DNA from: an uncultured Acidobacteriota bacterium
GTDB lineage: Bacteria > Acidobacteriota > Thermoanaerobaculia > Gp7-AA8
Assembly (NCBI GenBank): GCA_963741955.1
Contig: CAVUKB010000004.1
Location: forward strand, 544,001 to 608,000
Direction: 5' to 3'
DNA: 64,000 bases
Below, in pieces: positions 29,749-40,272 of the stretch (position 1 is the stretch's first letter; every line of letters starts with the position of its first letter). The position numbers were made by a program, and so were the translations under genes. A model generated the notes under the pieces. The model had not been told where the DNA came from. It worked only from the letters and a program-made list of their open reading frames with translations, and ran no database searches.

Positions 29749-30183
29749 TCACCTCACGACGAGAACGGGGCAGTGGGCTTTGCGGAGAACTTTTTCAGTG
29801 ATGCTGCCGAGGAGCGCATGCTCGAGGCCTGTGTGCCCGTGCGTGGCCATCACGATCAGGTCGTACCCTTCGTTGCGTGCGAAGTCGACGATCTCCGTGG
29901 CAGGGTAGCCGCGCCGGATCTCGATTCTGGCCTCGACGTCTCCGGCCCATCGGTCGGCGAGCTTGTGCATCGCCTCATCCGCTTTCGTCTGCATCACCGG
30001 GAAGTAGTCCGCGGTGGCATAGTCGATGGGAAAGAAGTCGAAGTAAGGGAAGACGTCGTTGATGACCGTGCAGAGGGTGATCGTCCCTCCGGTCAGGCGG
30101 GCGACACCTGCAGCGTACTCGACTGCTTTCGCCGAGAAGTCGGAGAGGTCGACCGGAACCAGAATGTTCTGCGGCGGCTCCAT
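29749..30183 (-). CDS. Universal stress protein (UspA family)
   Basis: NILVPVDLS...DLIVMATHGHTG...LLGSITEKVLRKAHCPVLVVR. Confidence 0.95.
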   Translation of the reverse strand: MEPPQNILVPVDLSDFSAKAVEYAAGVARLTGGTITLCTVINDVFPYFDFFPIDYATADYFPVMQTKADEAMHKLADRWAGDVEARIEIRRGYPATEIVDFARNEGYDLIVMATHGHTGLEHALLGSITEKVLRKAHCPVLVVR

Positions 30184-30307
30184 CGGTGAGAAGTGTATTC
30201 GAATTTCAAGCTCGATGCGACGTGTCTCAGCGACGTCTCTCCTCGGGTACCGGCCCCGCTTCCGCCGGGGACGTGGGAGGCTGCGGTCACGCACGGGCGG
30301 TGATCCG

Positions 30308-30333
30308 CGCGGCGGATTGCGAATCCCTCTCCA
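30308..30333. repeat. Single REP-like hairpin related to the array termini
   Basis: Reverse complement reads TGGAGAGGGATTCGCAATCCGCCGCG. Confidence 0.5.
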
Positions 30334-30530
30334 GGGCGGAATCGTGGATCGGGCCGAGAAGTGCGGGCTTTTCCTCAACCCACAACCCGCCACCTCACCA
30401 CGAAGAGGCCGGCTGTCGCGATATGAGAATCCGCGCTTGCGAAGCCGTTCGCCGATTGGCTCTCTTCTTGCGATTTCAACCTTCTGACAATCCGGGGGTT
30501 CAGAGAACCTCGGGATGGAAAGAAGGCCTC

Positions 30531-31709
30531 ATGCACACCAACAGACATTCGACTCGCGTGGCGATGCTTCCGGCGGCATTCGCCCTCGCGCTCCTCACTG
30601 TGGCCGGAAGCTCACGAGCCGAGAATCCTCTCCCCGAACTGGTCAAGCGGGTCAAACCGGCGATTGCGACCATCACTGCGCACATGCCGGGCGACGACGT
30701 ACAGATCGGGACCGGGTTCTTCGTGCAGAAGGGGATTCTGGTCACGAACCGTCACGTTCTCGCCGGTGCGCTCAGCGCGGAGGTGAAGACCGACGACGGT
30801 CGTGTTTTCGAGATCGAGCACGTCACAGCGGAAGACGCCGATTCCGATCTGGTGAAGGTCGATCTTCCGGTCGGCGACGACGCGTCGATCCGTACACTCG
30901 AGCTGAGAAGGAACCTGCCCGAGCCCGGATCACGCGTGGTGGTGATCGGAAGTCCGTTCGGACTCGAAAAGACGGTGTCGGACGGAATCGTTTCGACCGT
31001 GCGTCAGCTCGAGGACGGAACTGCAGTCATCCAGATCACTGCACCCATCTCACCCGGATCGAGCGGGAGCCCGGTGCTCGACCTCGACGGTCGCGTGATC
31101 GGCGTCGCAACGATCCAGCTGGTCGGCGGACAGAATCTGAATTTCGCGATTCCCGCAGGAAACGTAATGGGACTGAAGAACGCGACGCCCGAGGCGCTGA
31201 ACCACTGGACCGCTCGCGAGCTGGCGGCAGACGGTATGTCCGCGGCGGGCGAGGGCAACTGGGGTGACGCACAGAAACTCTTCGAGCAGGCGGCTGAGGC
31301 AGATTCGAAGCTCGATGGCGTCTATCTCTGGCTCGGACGGGCTTTCACCGAGAACGGACGGGACGACGATGCGCTCGACGCCTATCGTCGCGCCGTGGTC
31401 GCCGCACCATCATCCGCGGATGCGCAGCTCGGACTCGGTCGGGCTTATGCGCGGATGCGCAAGTGGAGCGATGCGATCAGCAGCTACCGGGAAGCTCTGC
31501 GCCTGAGTCCGAAATACGTCTCCGCGATCAGCGACCTGGGGCGGGCGTATCTCGAGATCGGCGACACGAGCTCTGCGCTGGCGGAGCTCCAGGACCTGCA
31601 GGCGCTCGATCCGGCGGCAGCCGAGTCGCTCCGGAAGCGGATCCGGGAAGTGGCGGGTACGCCGGAGGAGCGGGCGAGTCAGTCGCTCCGGCCGAGCAAC
31701 GAACGGTAG
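30531..31709 (+). CDS. Exported trypsin-like (S1C) serine protease with C-terminal TPR repeats
   Basis: Signal peptide, GTGFFV, VTNRHV (His), DL (Asp) and ISPGSSGSP (Ser), followed by TPRs in place of PDZ domains. Confidence 0.9.
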   Translation: MHTNRHSTRVAMLPAAFALALLTVAGSSRAENPLPELVKRVKPAIATITAHMPGDDVQIGTGFFVQKGILVTNRHVLAGALSAEVKTDDGRVFEIEHVTAEDADSDLVKVDLPVGDDASIRTLELRRNLPEPGSRVVVIGSPFGLEKTVSDGIVSTVRQLEDGTAVIQITAPISPGSSGSPVLDLDGRVIGVATIQLVGGQNLNFAIPAGNVMGLKNATPEALNHWTARELAADGMSAAGEGNWGDAQKLFEQAAEADSKLDGVYLWLGRAFTENGRDDDALDAYRRAVVAAPSSADAQLGLGRAYARMRKWSDAISSYREALRLSPKYVSAISDLGRAYLEIGDTSSALAELQDLQALDPAAAESLRKRIREVAGTPEERASQSLRPSNER

Positions 31710-32851
31710 CGGAACTTCATCACGGCGTTCCTCACGAGACGTTGCAGCTTGTCCTGCTGTTCGAAGTGTCCGCTCCTGCGGAGGGAGCGGACCTCTCCTG
31801 GCGTGAGACCGGCCTGAGTCGCGACGTCCTCGAAGGAGGCGCCGAGTTTCTCCGCCGACCCGGTCCGACGCGGGAAGTTCCGCTGCAGGGGGTGGCTCTC
31901 GTTCGGATCGCCGAGACGCTGATGCGCTTCGTCGATGGTGAGCACCGGCTCCACACAGGCGTCGATTCCGGCGAAGACTTCTTCCCATTCGTCGCGGGTT
32001 TTCGATCCGATCGCTTCCGCGATCGTCTCGAACAGGGCACTCTTCTCACTCTCCTCGTACTGCTTCTCGATCAGATCGGGATGTCCGATCGCATTGCAGA
32101 ACGCTTCCCAGAAACGGGGCTCGAGCGGCGCGACGGAGAGGTACTTCCCGTCCCGTGTCCGGTACACATTGTAGGCGGGGAGGGCTCCGGTCAGCATGAA
32201 GTGCTCGGGACGCTGCTGCGTTCCCCGGTAGAGCGCTTCCGCGGTCGGCATCATTGCCCGGGTCGCATCGGACATCGCCACGTCGAGCACGCGTCCCTTC
32301 CCGCTGGTCCTTTTTTCGTACAATGCCGCAACGATGGAGAGAGCGGCATAGAGGGCGCCGGCCATGTCACCGCTCTGGGTCGCCGGGAGGACCGGACGTC
32401 CATCGCGGTCCCGCTGGAGATCGAGCAGCCCTGCGAGCGCGACGAAGTTCAGATCGTGACTGCTGCGCGGATTCGCCTGACCGAAACCGCTCACCGAGCA
32501 GTACACCAGTCCCGGATTGATCTCCATCAGCGCATTTGCGTCGACCCCGAACTGCTTCATCACTCCGGGACGGTACGATTCGACCACGACGTCGCAGGTC
32601 GTGGCCAGCCGTTTGACGAACGCGATCCCCTCTTCGCTCTTCAGGTCGACCACGACGCTCTTCTTGCCGCCATTGATGAGGACGAAGAGAGCGCCGTAGT
32701 CGCCGTTGAACGGAGGAAGCCATCGTGTCGGATCGCCGTCCGGCGGTTCGACCTTGATGACCTCGGCCCCGAGGCGCACCAGGAGATCAGTGGCGTACGG
32801 CCCGGGAAGGTGTCGCGAAAAATCGAGAACACGGATTCCGGAAAGGGGCAC
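31679..32851 (-). CDS. CaiB/BaiF family CoA transferase (family III)
   Basis: PLSGIRVLDFSRHLPGP, GAEVIKVEPP-GDP, ESYRPGV and SGFGQ motifs. Confidence 0.94.
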   Translation of the reverse strand: MPLSGIRVLDFSRHLPGPYATDLLVRLGAEVIKVEPPDGDPTRWLPPFNGDYGALFVLINGGKKSVVVDLKSEEGIAFVKRLATTCDVVVESYRPGVMKQFGVDANALMEINPGLVYCSVSGFGQANPRSSHDLNFVALAGLLDLQRDRDGRPVLPATQSGDMAGALYAALSIVAALYEKRTSGKGRVLDVAMSDATRAMMPTAEALYRGTQQRPEHFMLTGALPAYNVYRTRDGKYLSVAPLEPRFWEAFCNAIGHPDLIEKQYEESEKSALFETIAEAIGSKTRDEWEEVFAGIDACVEPVLTIDEAHQRLGDPNESHPLQRNFPRRTGSAEKLGASFEDVATQAGLTPGEVRSLRRSGHFEQQDKLQRLVRNAVMKFRYRSLLGRSD

Positions 32852-32855
32852 GCGG

Positions 32856-34142
32856 CTACTCCCGCTCGATCACGATGGCGCTTCCCTGACCGCCCGCTGC
32901 ACAGATCGAGACCAGCCCGTACTGCTTCCCGGTGCGTTGCAGCTCGTTGCAGACGGTCGTCACGATCCTTGCGCCGGTGGCGCCGAACGGATGCCCGAGA
33001 GCGATCGAGCCGCCGGTCGGATTGATCCGCTCGGGATCGAGCTCTCCCACTGCCTCGCTGCGTCCGAGTTTCTCCTCGGCGAACTTCTTCGAGCCGAGCC
33101 ACTGGATGTTCGAAAGAACCTGTGCGGCGAACGCCTCGTGCATCTCGATGACATCCATGTCCGAGAGCTTCAGTCCGGCCCGATCGAGCGCGATGGGAAT
33201 CGCATACGCCGGTCCCTGCAGGAGCTGATCGAAAGGATCGAGTGCGGCGTATCCGTAGCTGCGGATGTATCCGATGGGGTGGAGCCCCAGAGCCTTCGCG
33301 CGATCCTCCGCCATCAGGACCACCGCGGACGCTCCGTCGGTGAGAGGGGAGGAGTTCCCGGCCGTGATCGTCCCGTACTTCTTGTCGAACACGGGACGCA
33401 ATTGAGAGAGCGCCTCGAGGGTGGTGTCGGCCCGGATCAGGTTGTCCTTCTCCACCACGTGGTCGAATTTCGGAGGAACCACGACCGTCATCACTTCGTC
33501 GGCGAACCGTCCTTCCTCGTACGCCTTCGCGGCCCGGTGATGACTCTGGGCGGCGAAACGATCCTGAGCCTCGCGGCTGATGCCGTTCTCCTTCGCCATC
33601 TTCTCCGCGGACTGGCCCATGGTCAGTCCGGTCGTCGATTCGGCGATTGCGGGGACGTCGGGGGTCAGGTCTTTTGGCCGCAGTTTGCTGAAGATCGCGA
33701 GCTTTCCGCCCATGCTCTTCTGCCGGCTCGCGGCGATCAGCATGTCCGAAAACTTCTTCGAGAAGAGGATCGGTACATTGGAGAGGGACTCGGCGCCTCC
33801 GGCCACGACGACGTTCGAGTAGCCGCGGTGGATGCGGTCGGCCGCTGACGTGATTGCCTGGTTCGAGGATGCGCAGGCCATGGTCACCGAGTACGAAGGG
33901 ATGTTCCGGGGAAGCGAAGTCCCGAGGACTACTTCCCGGGCGATGTTTGCGGCCTTCACCGAGGGGATGACCGTACCGTAGACGACCTCGTCCACGTCTT
34001 TCGCTTCGATCGGTGCGCGTTGCAGGAGCTCGGAGACGACGATCTTGCCGAGCTCGAGGGCGTCAACGCTGGTGTAGACGGTTCCTGCTTTCGCAAAAGG
34101 GGTCCGGAGGCCACGGATCACCGCGACTCGCTTGTCTGGCAT
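32856..34142 (-). CDS. fadI: Acetyl-CoA C-acyltransferase (thiolase), FadI-type
   Basis: GLRTPFAK, NIAREVVL, MACASS, MHEAFAAQVL, GHPFGATG and CAAGGQG motifs. Confidence 0.9.
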   Translation of the reverse strand: MPDKRVAVIRGLRTPFAKAGTVYTSVDALELGKIVVSELLQRAPIEAKDVDEVVYGTVIPSVKAANIAREVVLGTSLPRNIPSYSVTMACASSNQAITSAADRIHRGYSNVVVAGGAESLSNVPILFSKKFSDMLIAASRQKSMGGKLAIFSKLRPKDLTPDVPAIAESTTGLTMGQSAEKMAKENGISREAQDRFAAQSHHRAAKAYEEGRFADEVMTVVVPPKFDHVVEKDNLIRADTTLEALSQLRPVFDKKYGTITAGNSSPLTDGASAVVLMAEDRAKALGLHPIGYIRSYGYAALDPFDQLLQGPAYAIPIALDRAGLKLSDMDVIEMHEAFAAQVLSNIQWLGSKKFAEEKLGRSEAVGELDPERINPTGGSIALGHPFGATGARIVTTVCNELQRTGKQYGLVSICAAGGQGSAIVIERE

Positions 34143-34303
34143 GTCTCACCTCGTCATCGGCGGGCATTCGCTGTCCGTCGAGCTGGGCCGAAATCTATCA
34201 CGGTTGCAAGGGGAGGGTCTGTGATCTACGAGCCCGCGCGGCACGACGGCCGAGAGGCCCCCTTCTCTGCACCTCGACGCCCGATGTCGTAAGATGGACC
34301 GCC

Positions 34304-35344
34304 ATGACCTCTCCACTCGAGCGACTGATGAAGCTGCCTCTCGATTCCGGGCCGCTCCTCATCCTCACCCACGACAACCCGGATCCCGATTCCGTCGCCA
34401 GCGCTGCCGCGATGCGCGTGCTGCTCGACCAGGTCCGAGGAGTGAAGGGAGTGGTCGCGTACAGCGGGATCATCGGTCGCGCAGAGAATCGCGCGATGGT
34501 CGATCTGCTGCATCTCCCGATGAAGCACGTCTCCCAGCTCGACCTCGCCTCGTTCGCGCACGTCGCGCTGATCGACGCGCAGCCGCATACCGGCAACAGC
34601 GCGCTCCCGACCGACCGGGTCCCCGACATCGTGATCGATCACCATCCGCTCCGGGAGAACACCCGGCGTTCGCCGTTCTACGACGTTCGCGAGGAGCTCG
34701 GAGCCTCGGCGACGCTGCTGACCGAGTATCTACGGGAAGCAGACGTGTCGGTCTCCCCGAATCTCGCCACCGCTCTCCTCTACGGCATCCGCTCGGAGAC
34801 ACACGACCTCGGGCGTGAAGTCTCGGAGTCGGATCTGTTGGCGTACCAGTTCCTCTTTCCCATCGCGGATCCGGGAAAGCTCGCGACCATCGCACGCCCG
34901 ACCCTCTCCCGCCGTTACTATCGGGAGCTGGTGGTCGCGCTCGCATCACTCCAGATCAGCGAACATGCCGCGATCTGCTCGCTCGGCGAGGTGATCAATC
35001 CCGACTTCGTCCCGGAGATCGCCGACCTGGCGGTCCGGATGGAAGGGATCGTCTGGAGTCTGGTTCACGGTTCGTTCGATGAGAATCTCTACGTGTCGAT
35101 CCGGACCAACGACACCGAAGCGAGCGCGGGCGACGTGATGCAGTCGATCCTTCGAGAACTCGGTCGCGGTGGAGGTCACGGAATGCGCGCGGGAGGGAAA
35201 GTGAACCTCGGCGGCGTCGATCTCGAGCGAGACGAGCTCGAGCGCTTGCTCAAGGAGCGGTTTCTCGACGAGACCGGCTACGCCGAGGAGCCGATGCACT
35301 ATCTCGCGTCCGAGCCGATCGGTCACAATGGTACCGAGCCGTAG
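34304..35344 (+). CDS. DHH/DHHA1 family phosphoesterase
   Basis: THDNPDPDSVASA, LIDAQ, VIDHH and GGGHGMRAGG motifs. Confidence 0.9.
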   Translation: MTSPLERLMKLPLDSGPLLILTHDNPDPDSVASAAAMRVLLDQVRGVKGVVAYSGIIGRAENRAMVDLLHLPMKHVSQLDLASFAHVALIDAQPHTGNSALPTDRVPDIVIDHHPLRENTRRSPFYDVREELGASATLLTEYLREADVSVSPNLATALLYGIRSETHDLGREVSESDLLAYQFLFPIADPGKLATIARPTLSRRYYRELVVALASLQISEHAAICSLGEVINPDFVPEIADLAVRMEGIVWSLVHGSFDENLYVSIRTNDTEASAGDVMQSILRELGRGGGHGMRAGGKVNLGGVDLERDELERLLKERFLDETGYAEEPMHYLASEPIGHNGTEP

Positions 35345-35416
35345 GTTGTCCCTCATCGGGGGGTGACAGGACCCCCTGCTCCGATGGCGCCCGGCTCGTG
35401 AGGAGGCAATCACGCG

Positions 35417-36970
35417 ATGAGTGTCCCGGTAGTCGAAGTCGATTCGAATCCGCTTCGCGAAGGACTGCAGGAGGAGAAAGCGCCTGAGCCTTCCGTTCTC
35501 GTCATCTTCGGTGCTTCTGGAGACCTGACCCATCGGAAGCTCATTCCGGCACTCTACTCGCTGGCCCATGACGGCCTTCTCTCCCCGGGGCAGACCATCA
35601 TCGGATTCGCGCGGGCGGAGATGACCGACGAGGAGTTCCGGGCCGAGATGCGGAAGGCGTGCGACGAACACGCTCGCCGGCGGCCGGTCGACGAAACGAT
35701 CTGGGCGAATTTCGAGCAGCGACTTCATTACGTCTCCGGCGAATTCCAGGACCACGACGCATACCAGAGACTTCAGTCCCGGCTGAAGGAGATCGATGAG
35801 GAACGGGGCACGGGAGGACGGCGTATCTACTATCTGGCCGTCCCGCCGAGATTCTTCTCGGTCATCTCCGCGGAGCTCGGCGCCGCGGGAATGGTGACTG
35901 ACCCGGAGAGCGGCGGTCCTTTCACCCGCGCGATCATCGAGAAGCCTTTCGGACACGACCTCGCCAGCGCTCGCGAGCTCAATCGCGTCGCCGTGTCGAC
36001 CTTCCGCGAGAAACAGCTCTTCCGCATCGACCATTACCTCGGGAAAGAGACCGTCCAGAACATTCTGGTGCTGCGCTTCGCGAACGCGATCTTCGAGCCG
36101 TTCTGGAATCGCAACTACATCGACCACGTGCAGCTCACCGTCGCTGAGTCGATCGGAGTGGAGGGACGTGGCGGCTACTTCGAATCCTCAGGGATCGTCC
36201 GGGACATCGTGCAGAACCACATGCTGCAACTCGTCTCACTCGTGGCGATGGAACCGCCCGTCGCGTTCGAGGCCGGTAGCGTTCATGACGAGAAGGTGAA
36301 GATCCTCCGAGCACTCCGCCCTTTTCCGTCGGGCAAGTCCGACGATTACGCAGTACGGGGACAGTACACGCATGGATCGGTTCTCGGCGAAGCCGTTCCC
36401 GGTTACCGTGAAGAGCCGAACGTCAGTCCGGAGTCGAATGTCGAGACGTTCGCCGCGATGAAAGTCTTCGTCGACAACTGGAGGTGGGCCGGCGTGCCGT
36501 TCTATCTCCGGGCCGGGAAGCGTCTGCCGAAGCGCTCCACCTACATCGGCATCGTCTTCCGTCGCGCTCCGCATCTGCTGTTCAAGGGGCATCTCGACGT
36601 TGCGGATGACGCGAACGTTCTCGGAATCCGTATTCAGCCCGATGAAGGGATCTCGCTCCGCTTTTTTTCGAAAGTGCCCGGGCCGAAAGTCCGGATCCAC
36701 CCGGTGACGATGGAGTTCCGCTATGCCACCGCGTTCGGAGGCGAGCCCCCGGAGGCATACGAGCGGCTTCTTCTCGACACCATGCTCGGCGACACGACGT
36801 TGTTTGCGCGCCGGGACGAGGTCGAGACGGCCTGGGAATGGCTCGATCCGCTTCTCGACGACTGGAACCGAAGTGGCAGCGGACCGGCGTCGTACGGCGC
36901 CGGAACCTGGGGGCCGAAAGCCGCGGACGATCTGATTGCGCAGGATGGGCACCGCTGGCTCCGCCCGTAG
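35417..36970 (+). CDS. zwf: Glucose-6-phosphate 1-dehydrogenase
   Basis: FGASGDL, EKPFGHDL, RIDHYLGKETVQN and RDIVQNH motifs. Confidence 0.98.
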   Translation: MSVPVVEVDSNPLREGLQEEKAPEPSVLVIFGASGDLTHRKLIPALYSLAHDGLLSPGQTIIGFARAEMTDEEFRAEMRKACDEHARRRPVDETIWANFEQRLHYVSGEFQDHDAYQRLQSRLKEIDEERGTGGRRIYYLAVPPRFFSVISAELGAAGMVTDPESGGPFTRAIIEKPFGHDLASARELNRVAVSTFREKQLFRIDHYLGKETVQNILVLRFANAIFEPFWNRNYIDHVQLTVAESIGVEGRGGYFESSGIVRDIVQNHMLQLVSLVAMEPPVAFEAGSVHDEKVKILRALRPFPSGKSDDYAVRGQYTHGSVLGEAVPGYREEPNVSPESNVETFAAMKVFVDNWRWAGVPFYLRAGKRLPKRSTYIGIVFRRAPHLLFKGHLDVADDANVLGIRIQPDEGISLRFFSKVPGPKVRIHPVTMEFRYATAFGGEPPEAYERLLLDTMLGDTTLFARRDEVETAWEWLDPLLDDWNRSGSGPASYGAGTWGPKAADDLIAQDGHRWLRP

Positions 36971-37091
36971 CGGGCTGGAGTCACCCCGGCGCCGGTGATC
37001 CGGGGCATTTCGACGGCTTCGAGCTCGCGGTCGCGCGGAAGCGAACGGACCCGAGGCAGATTCGGGCACGGCTCGAGAATTGGAGACGGGA

Positions 37092-38183
37092 ATGAACGCA
37101 GAGGATCTGAATCGGGCACTCTCCGGCGAGGATCTCCGGGTCGACGTCTCGGCGATCGAGAAGAATCTCTCCGCTCTCTGGCGGGAGGAGTGGGAAGACG
37201 ACGCCGCCGCGATGCGTGCGGCGCTCTGGAACGTGGTGGCGCACACCAGCGACGATTCCGCGAGGGGAACCGCGAGCGAGACGCTCTCCAGCGCGAGCGT
37301 GCGCGTTCCGCAGCGATCCATCGTCGTCTGCGCCACTCCTCACTCCGATCCGATGATGGACGCGTGGATCACCGCAAACTGTCACCTCGTGCGCGACGGG
37401 GGCCGGGTCTGCTCGGAGGAGATCTCCATCCGCGCGGGAGGATCGCGCGTGCGGCACGTGCCGCCATTGGTCAACGCACTCCTCGTCCCGGAGATGCCGG
37501 TCGCGACGTGGTGGCTCGGAGACCTCCCGAGCGAGAATGAATCGTATCTGAAGGCACTGTTCGAACCGGTGGACAGGCTCATCGTCGACAGTGCCGATTT
37601 CGACGACATCTCCGACATCCGCTTCGTCGGCCGGATGGGAATCGAGTCGAATACGTCGCTCGCCGACCTCAACTGGGCCCGTCTCGACGAATGGCGTGAG
37701 GCGACCGCCTCGATCTTCGACCCTCCCCACATGCGGCAGCGGCTACGGATGGTCCGCCGAATCCGGGTTGTGACCGGCGTCTCCGGTCGGGACTACTTCG
37801 GAGAAGACGTCGCCGCACTCCTCTATCTCGCCTGGCTCATCGCACAGACCGGAATGAGGGTCGAGACCGACGGCACCGCGCACGGCGCTTCGGGAGCGGT
37901 CAGGCTCGAGCTCGAACGGCAGAGAAGCGGGCAGAGAGGCATTCTCTTCGTCGAGATCCGTTTCGACGATGAGTCGTCCGTCACGGTGGAGCGACACGAA
38001 GAGAGCGGACGGCTGGTGACTCACGTCGCCGGCATCGCCCAATGCATCGGATCGGTCACGCCCTCGCAGCCGGTCCGGCTCGAAGACCTGGTGGTGCGCG
38101 AGCTGGCGAGATCCGCGGGCGATGAAGTGTTCCACCGGGCGTTGCCGGTCGCGGTCGAGATTGCGAGGCCGTTCCTCCGATGA
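37092..38183 (+). CDS. opcA: G6PDH assembly protein OpcA
   Basis: VCSEEI, LLVPEMPVATWW, DRLIVDS and ADLNWARL motifs. Lies between zwf and pgl. Confidence 0.92.
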   Translation: MNAEDLNRALSGEDLRVDVSAIEKNLSALWREEWEDDAAAMRAALWNVVAHTSDDSARGTASETLSSASVRVPQRSIVVCATPHSDPMMDAWITANCHLVRDGGRVCSEEISIRAGGSRVRHVPPLVNALLVPEMPVATWWLGDLPSENESYLKALFEPVDRLIVDSADFDDISDIRFVGRMGIESNTSLADLNWARLDEWREATASIFDPPHMRQRLRMVRRIRVVTGVSGRDYFGEDVAALLYLAWLIAQTGMRVETDGTAHGASGAVRLELERQRSGQRGILFVEIRFDDESSVTVERHEESGRLVTHVAGIAQCIGSVTPSQPVRLEDLVVRELARSAGDEVFHRALPVAVEIARPFLR

Positions 38184-38866
38184 ATTTTCGCGTTTTCGAC
38201 GACCGCGACGCGCTGGTCCGCGGAACCGCGGATGCGATCCTCGATACGATCGAGAGCGAGCAGGCACGCGTCATCGCCCTCTCCGGCGGCTCTACGCCAC
38301 GGCCGGTGTACGAGATGCTCGGCTCGGAGCCGTTGCGGCGAAGACTCGCGGCCGTTCCTCTGATCTGGGTGACGGGGGACGAAAGGGACGTTCCGCCGGA
38401 CCACCCCGAGTCGAATGCCGGGATGATCCGGAGCACCCTCTTCCGGCACGGCATTCCGGAGGGTCAGGTCTTCCTCACCTTCGACACCCGCCGCGATGGG
38501 AGAGATTCGGTCGTGGAGGAATTCGAGGCGGAGTGGCGGAAGCTCGGGATCGAGGGGCTCGATCTCGCGATCCAGGGAATCGGAGAGGACGGTCATACCG
38601 CCTCGCTTTTTCCGGGGACGACGATCCTCGAAGCGATCGATCGCATCGCGGCCTCCGTCTGGGTCCCGAAGGTCTCGATGTGGCGTTTCAGCCTCACCGC
38701 CCCGGTGATCGGCTCGGCGAAGAAGAAGCTCTTTCTCGCGGCTGGTAAGGGGAAGCGCGAGATCCTCACCAGGATCCGCGCGGGGGAGGAGTTTCCCTCC
38801 ACCGTCGTCACGCGCTTCGGCGGACCGGCCTGGTGGCTGGTCGATCGTGACGCCTATCCCGAGTGA
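38180..38866 (+). CDS. pgl: 6-phosphogluconolactonase
   Basis: ALSGGSTP, GDERDVPPDHPESN and GIGEDGHTASLFP motifs. Confidence 0.95.
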   Translation: MNFRVFDDRDALVRGTADAILDTIESEQARVIALSGGSTPRPVYEMLGSEPLRRRLAAVPLIWVTGDERDVPPDHPESNAGMIRSTLFRHGIPEGQVFLTFDTRRDGRDSVVEEFEAEWRKLGIEGLDLAIQGIGEDGHTASLFPGTTILEAIDRIAASVWVPKVSMWRFSLTAPVIGSAKKKLFLAAGKGKREILTRIRAGEEFPSTVVTRFGGPAWWLVDRDAYPE

Positions 38867-38919
38867 GCTCCTCCGCTCTCGTGAGGTCGGCTCGGTGCGG
38901 GACGTGGAAACGAGGGTGC

Positions 38920-40260
38920 GGCAAGCGCCGCAGGACGGACTCGTGGCACGCATCGCTCGCGGCGGGACGCCGCTCGCCATCGCGCGGGGACGCGCGACCC
39001 ACAGACGCGCGACCCACTTTGTGGGTTGGACGTCTCGTCCGATGCAGGGCGGCGTCCCGCGCCGGCCTGCCCGGTGCGAGGAGTGTTCTGTTGGATGGTC
39101 TCCGCGAGCTCCTGGGGCTCGTCGTGGTGTCGGAATGACGCTCGGGAGAACGACGGTTTCGGGAGATGCGCGAGTGGGGCTGATTTTCGAATTGAGCACG
39201 GGCGGTGCGAACGGGATCGTCCCCAGTGCCGCCATCAGCGCTCGTGGCACGCATCGCTCGCGGCGGGCCGCCGCTCGCCATCGCGCGGGGACGCGCGACC
39301 CACAGACGCGCGACCCACTTTGTGGGTTGGACGTCTCGTCCGATGCAGGGCGGCGTCCCGCGCCGGCCTGCCCGATGCGAGGAGTGTTCTGTGGAATGGT
39401 CTCCGCGAGCTCCTTGGGCTCGTCGTGGTGTCGGAATGACGCTCGGGAGAGTCGTGCCGGCCCGGGAGGTGAGAACGAGGGTGCGGCAAGTGCCGCATGA
39501 CGGGTTCATGGCACGCATCGCTCGCGGCGGGACGCCGCTCGCCATCGCGCGGGGACGCGCGACCCACGGACGCGCGGCCCACTTTGTGGGTTGGACGTCT
39601 CGTCCGATGCAGGGCGGCGTCCCGCGCCGGCCTGCCCGGTGCGAGGAGTGTTCTGTTGGATGGTCTCCGCGAGCTCCTTGGGCTCGTCGTGGTGTCGGAA
39701 TGACGCTCGGGAGAGTCGTGTCGGCACGGGAGGTGCGAACGGGATCGTCCCCAGTGCCGCCATCAGCGCTCGTGGCACGCATCGCTCGCGGCGGGACGCC
39801 GCTCGCCATCGCGCGGGGACGCGCGACCCACGGACGCGCGACCCACAGACGCGCGACCCACAGACGCGCGGCCCACTTTGTGGGTTGGACGTCTCGTCCG
39901 ATGCAGGGCGGCGTCCCGCGCCGGCCTGCCCGGTGCGAGGAGTGTTCTGTTGGATGGTCTCCGCGAGCTCCTGGGGCTCGTCGTGGTGTCGGAATGACGC
40001 TCGGGAGAGTCGTGCCGGCGCGGGAGGTGAGAACGGGATCGTCCCCAGTGCCGCCATCAGCGCTCGTGGCACGCATCGCTCGCGGCGGGACGCCGCTCGC
40101 CATCGCGCGGGGACGCGCGACCCACAGACGCGCGACCCACAGACGCGCGACCCACAGACGCGCGACCCACAGACGCGCGACCCACAGACGCGCGACCCAC
40201 AGACGCGCGACCCACAGACGCGCGACCCACAGACGCGCGACCCACAGACGCGCGACCCAC
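38920..40260. repeat. BIME-like mosaic of REP-type palindromes (4 full and 1 partial ~265-300-bp units)
   Basis: Units begin GTGGCACGCATCGCTCGCGG at ~38943, 39244, 39508, 39772 and 40066. They contain the hairpins GTGGG-TTGGACG-TCT-CGTCCGA and (minus strand) GTGGG-TCGCGCG-TCCC-CGCGCGA. Located between convergent genes. Confidence 0.93.
40112..40260. repeat. 15-bp tandem repeat (GACGCGCGACCCACA) x ~10
   Basis: Directly visible. The same 15-mer occurs 2-4 times inside each larger unit. Confidence 0.95.
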
Positions 40261-40272
40261 TGAACCCCGCCG

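Noticed and set aside
38920-40260. CRISPR array or repeat-protein CDS (WVARL/RATH/TRDPQ ORFs)
   Set aside because: Linkers recur rather than being unique. The ORFs are open in several frames on both strands, as expected for GC-rich repeats.
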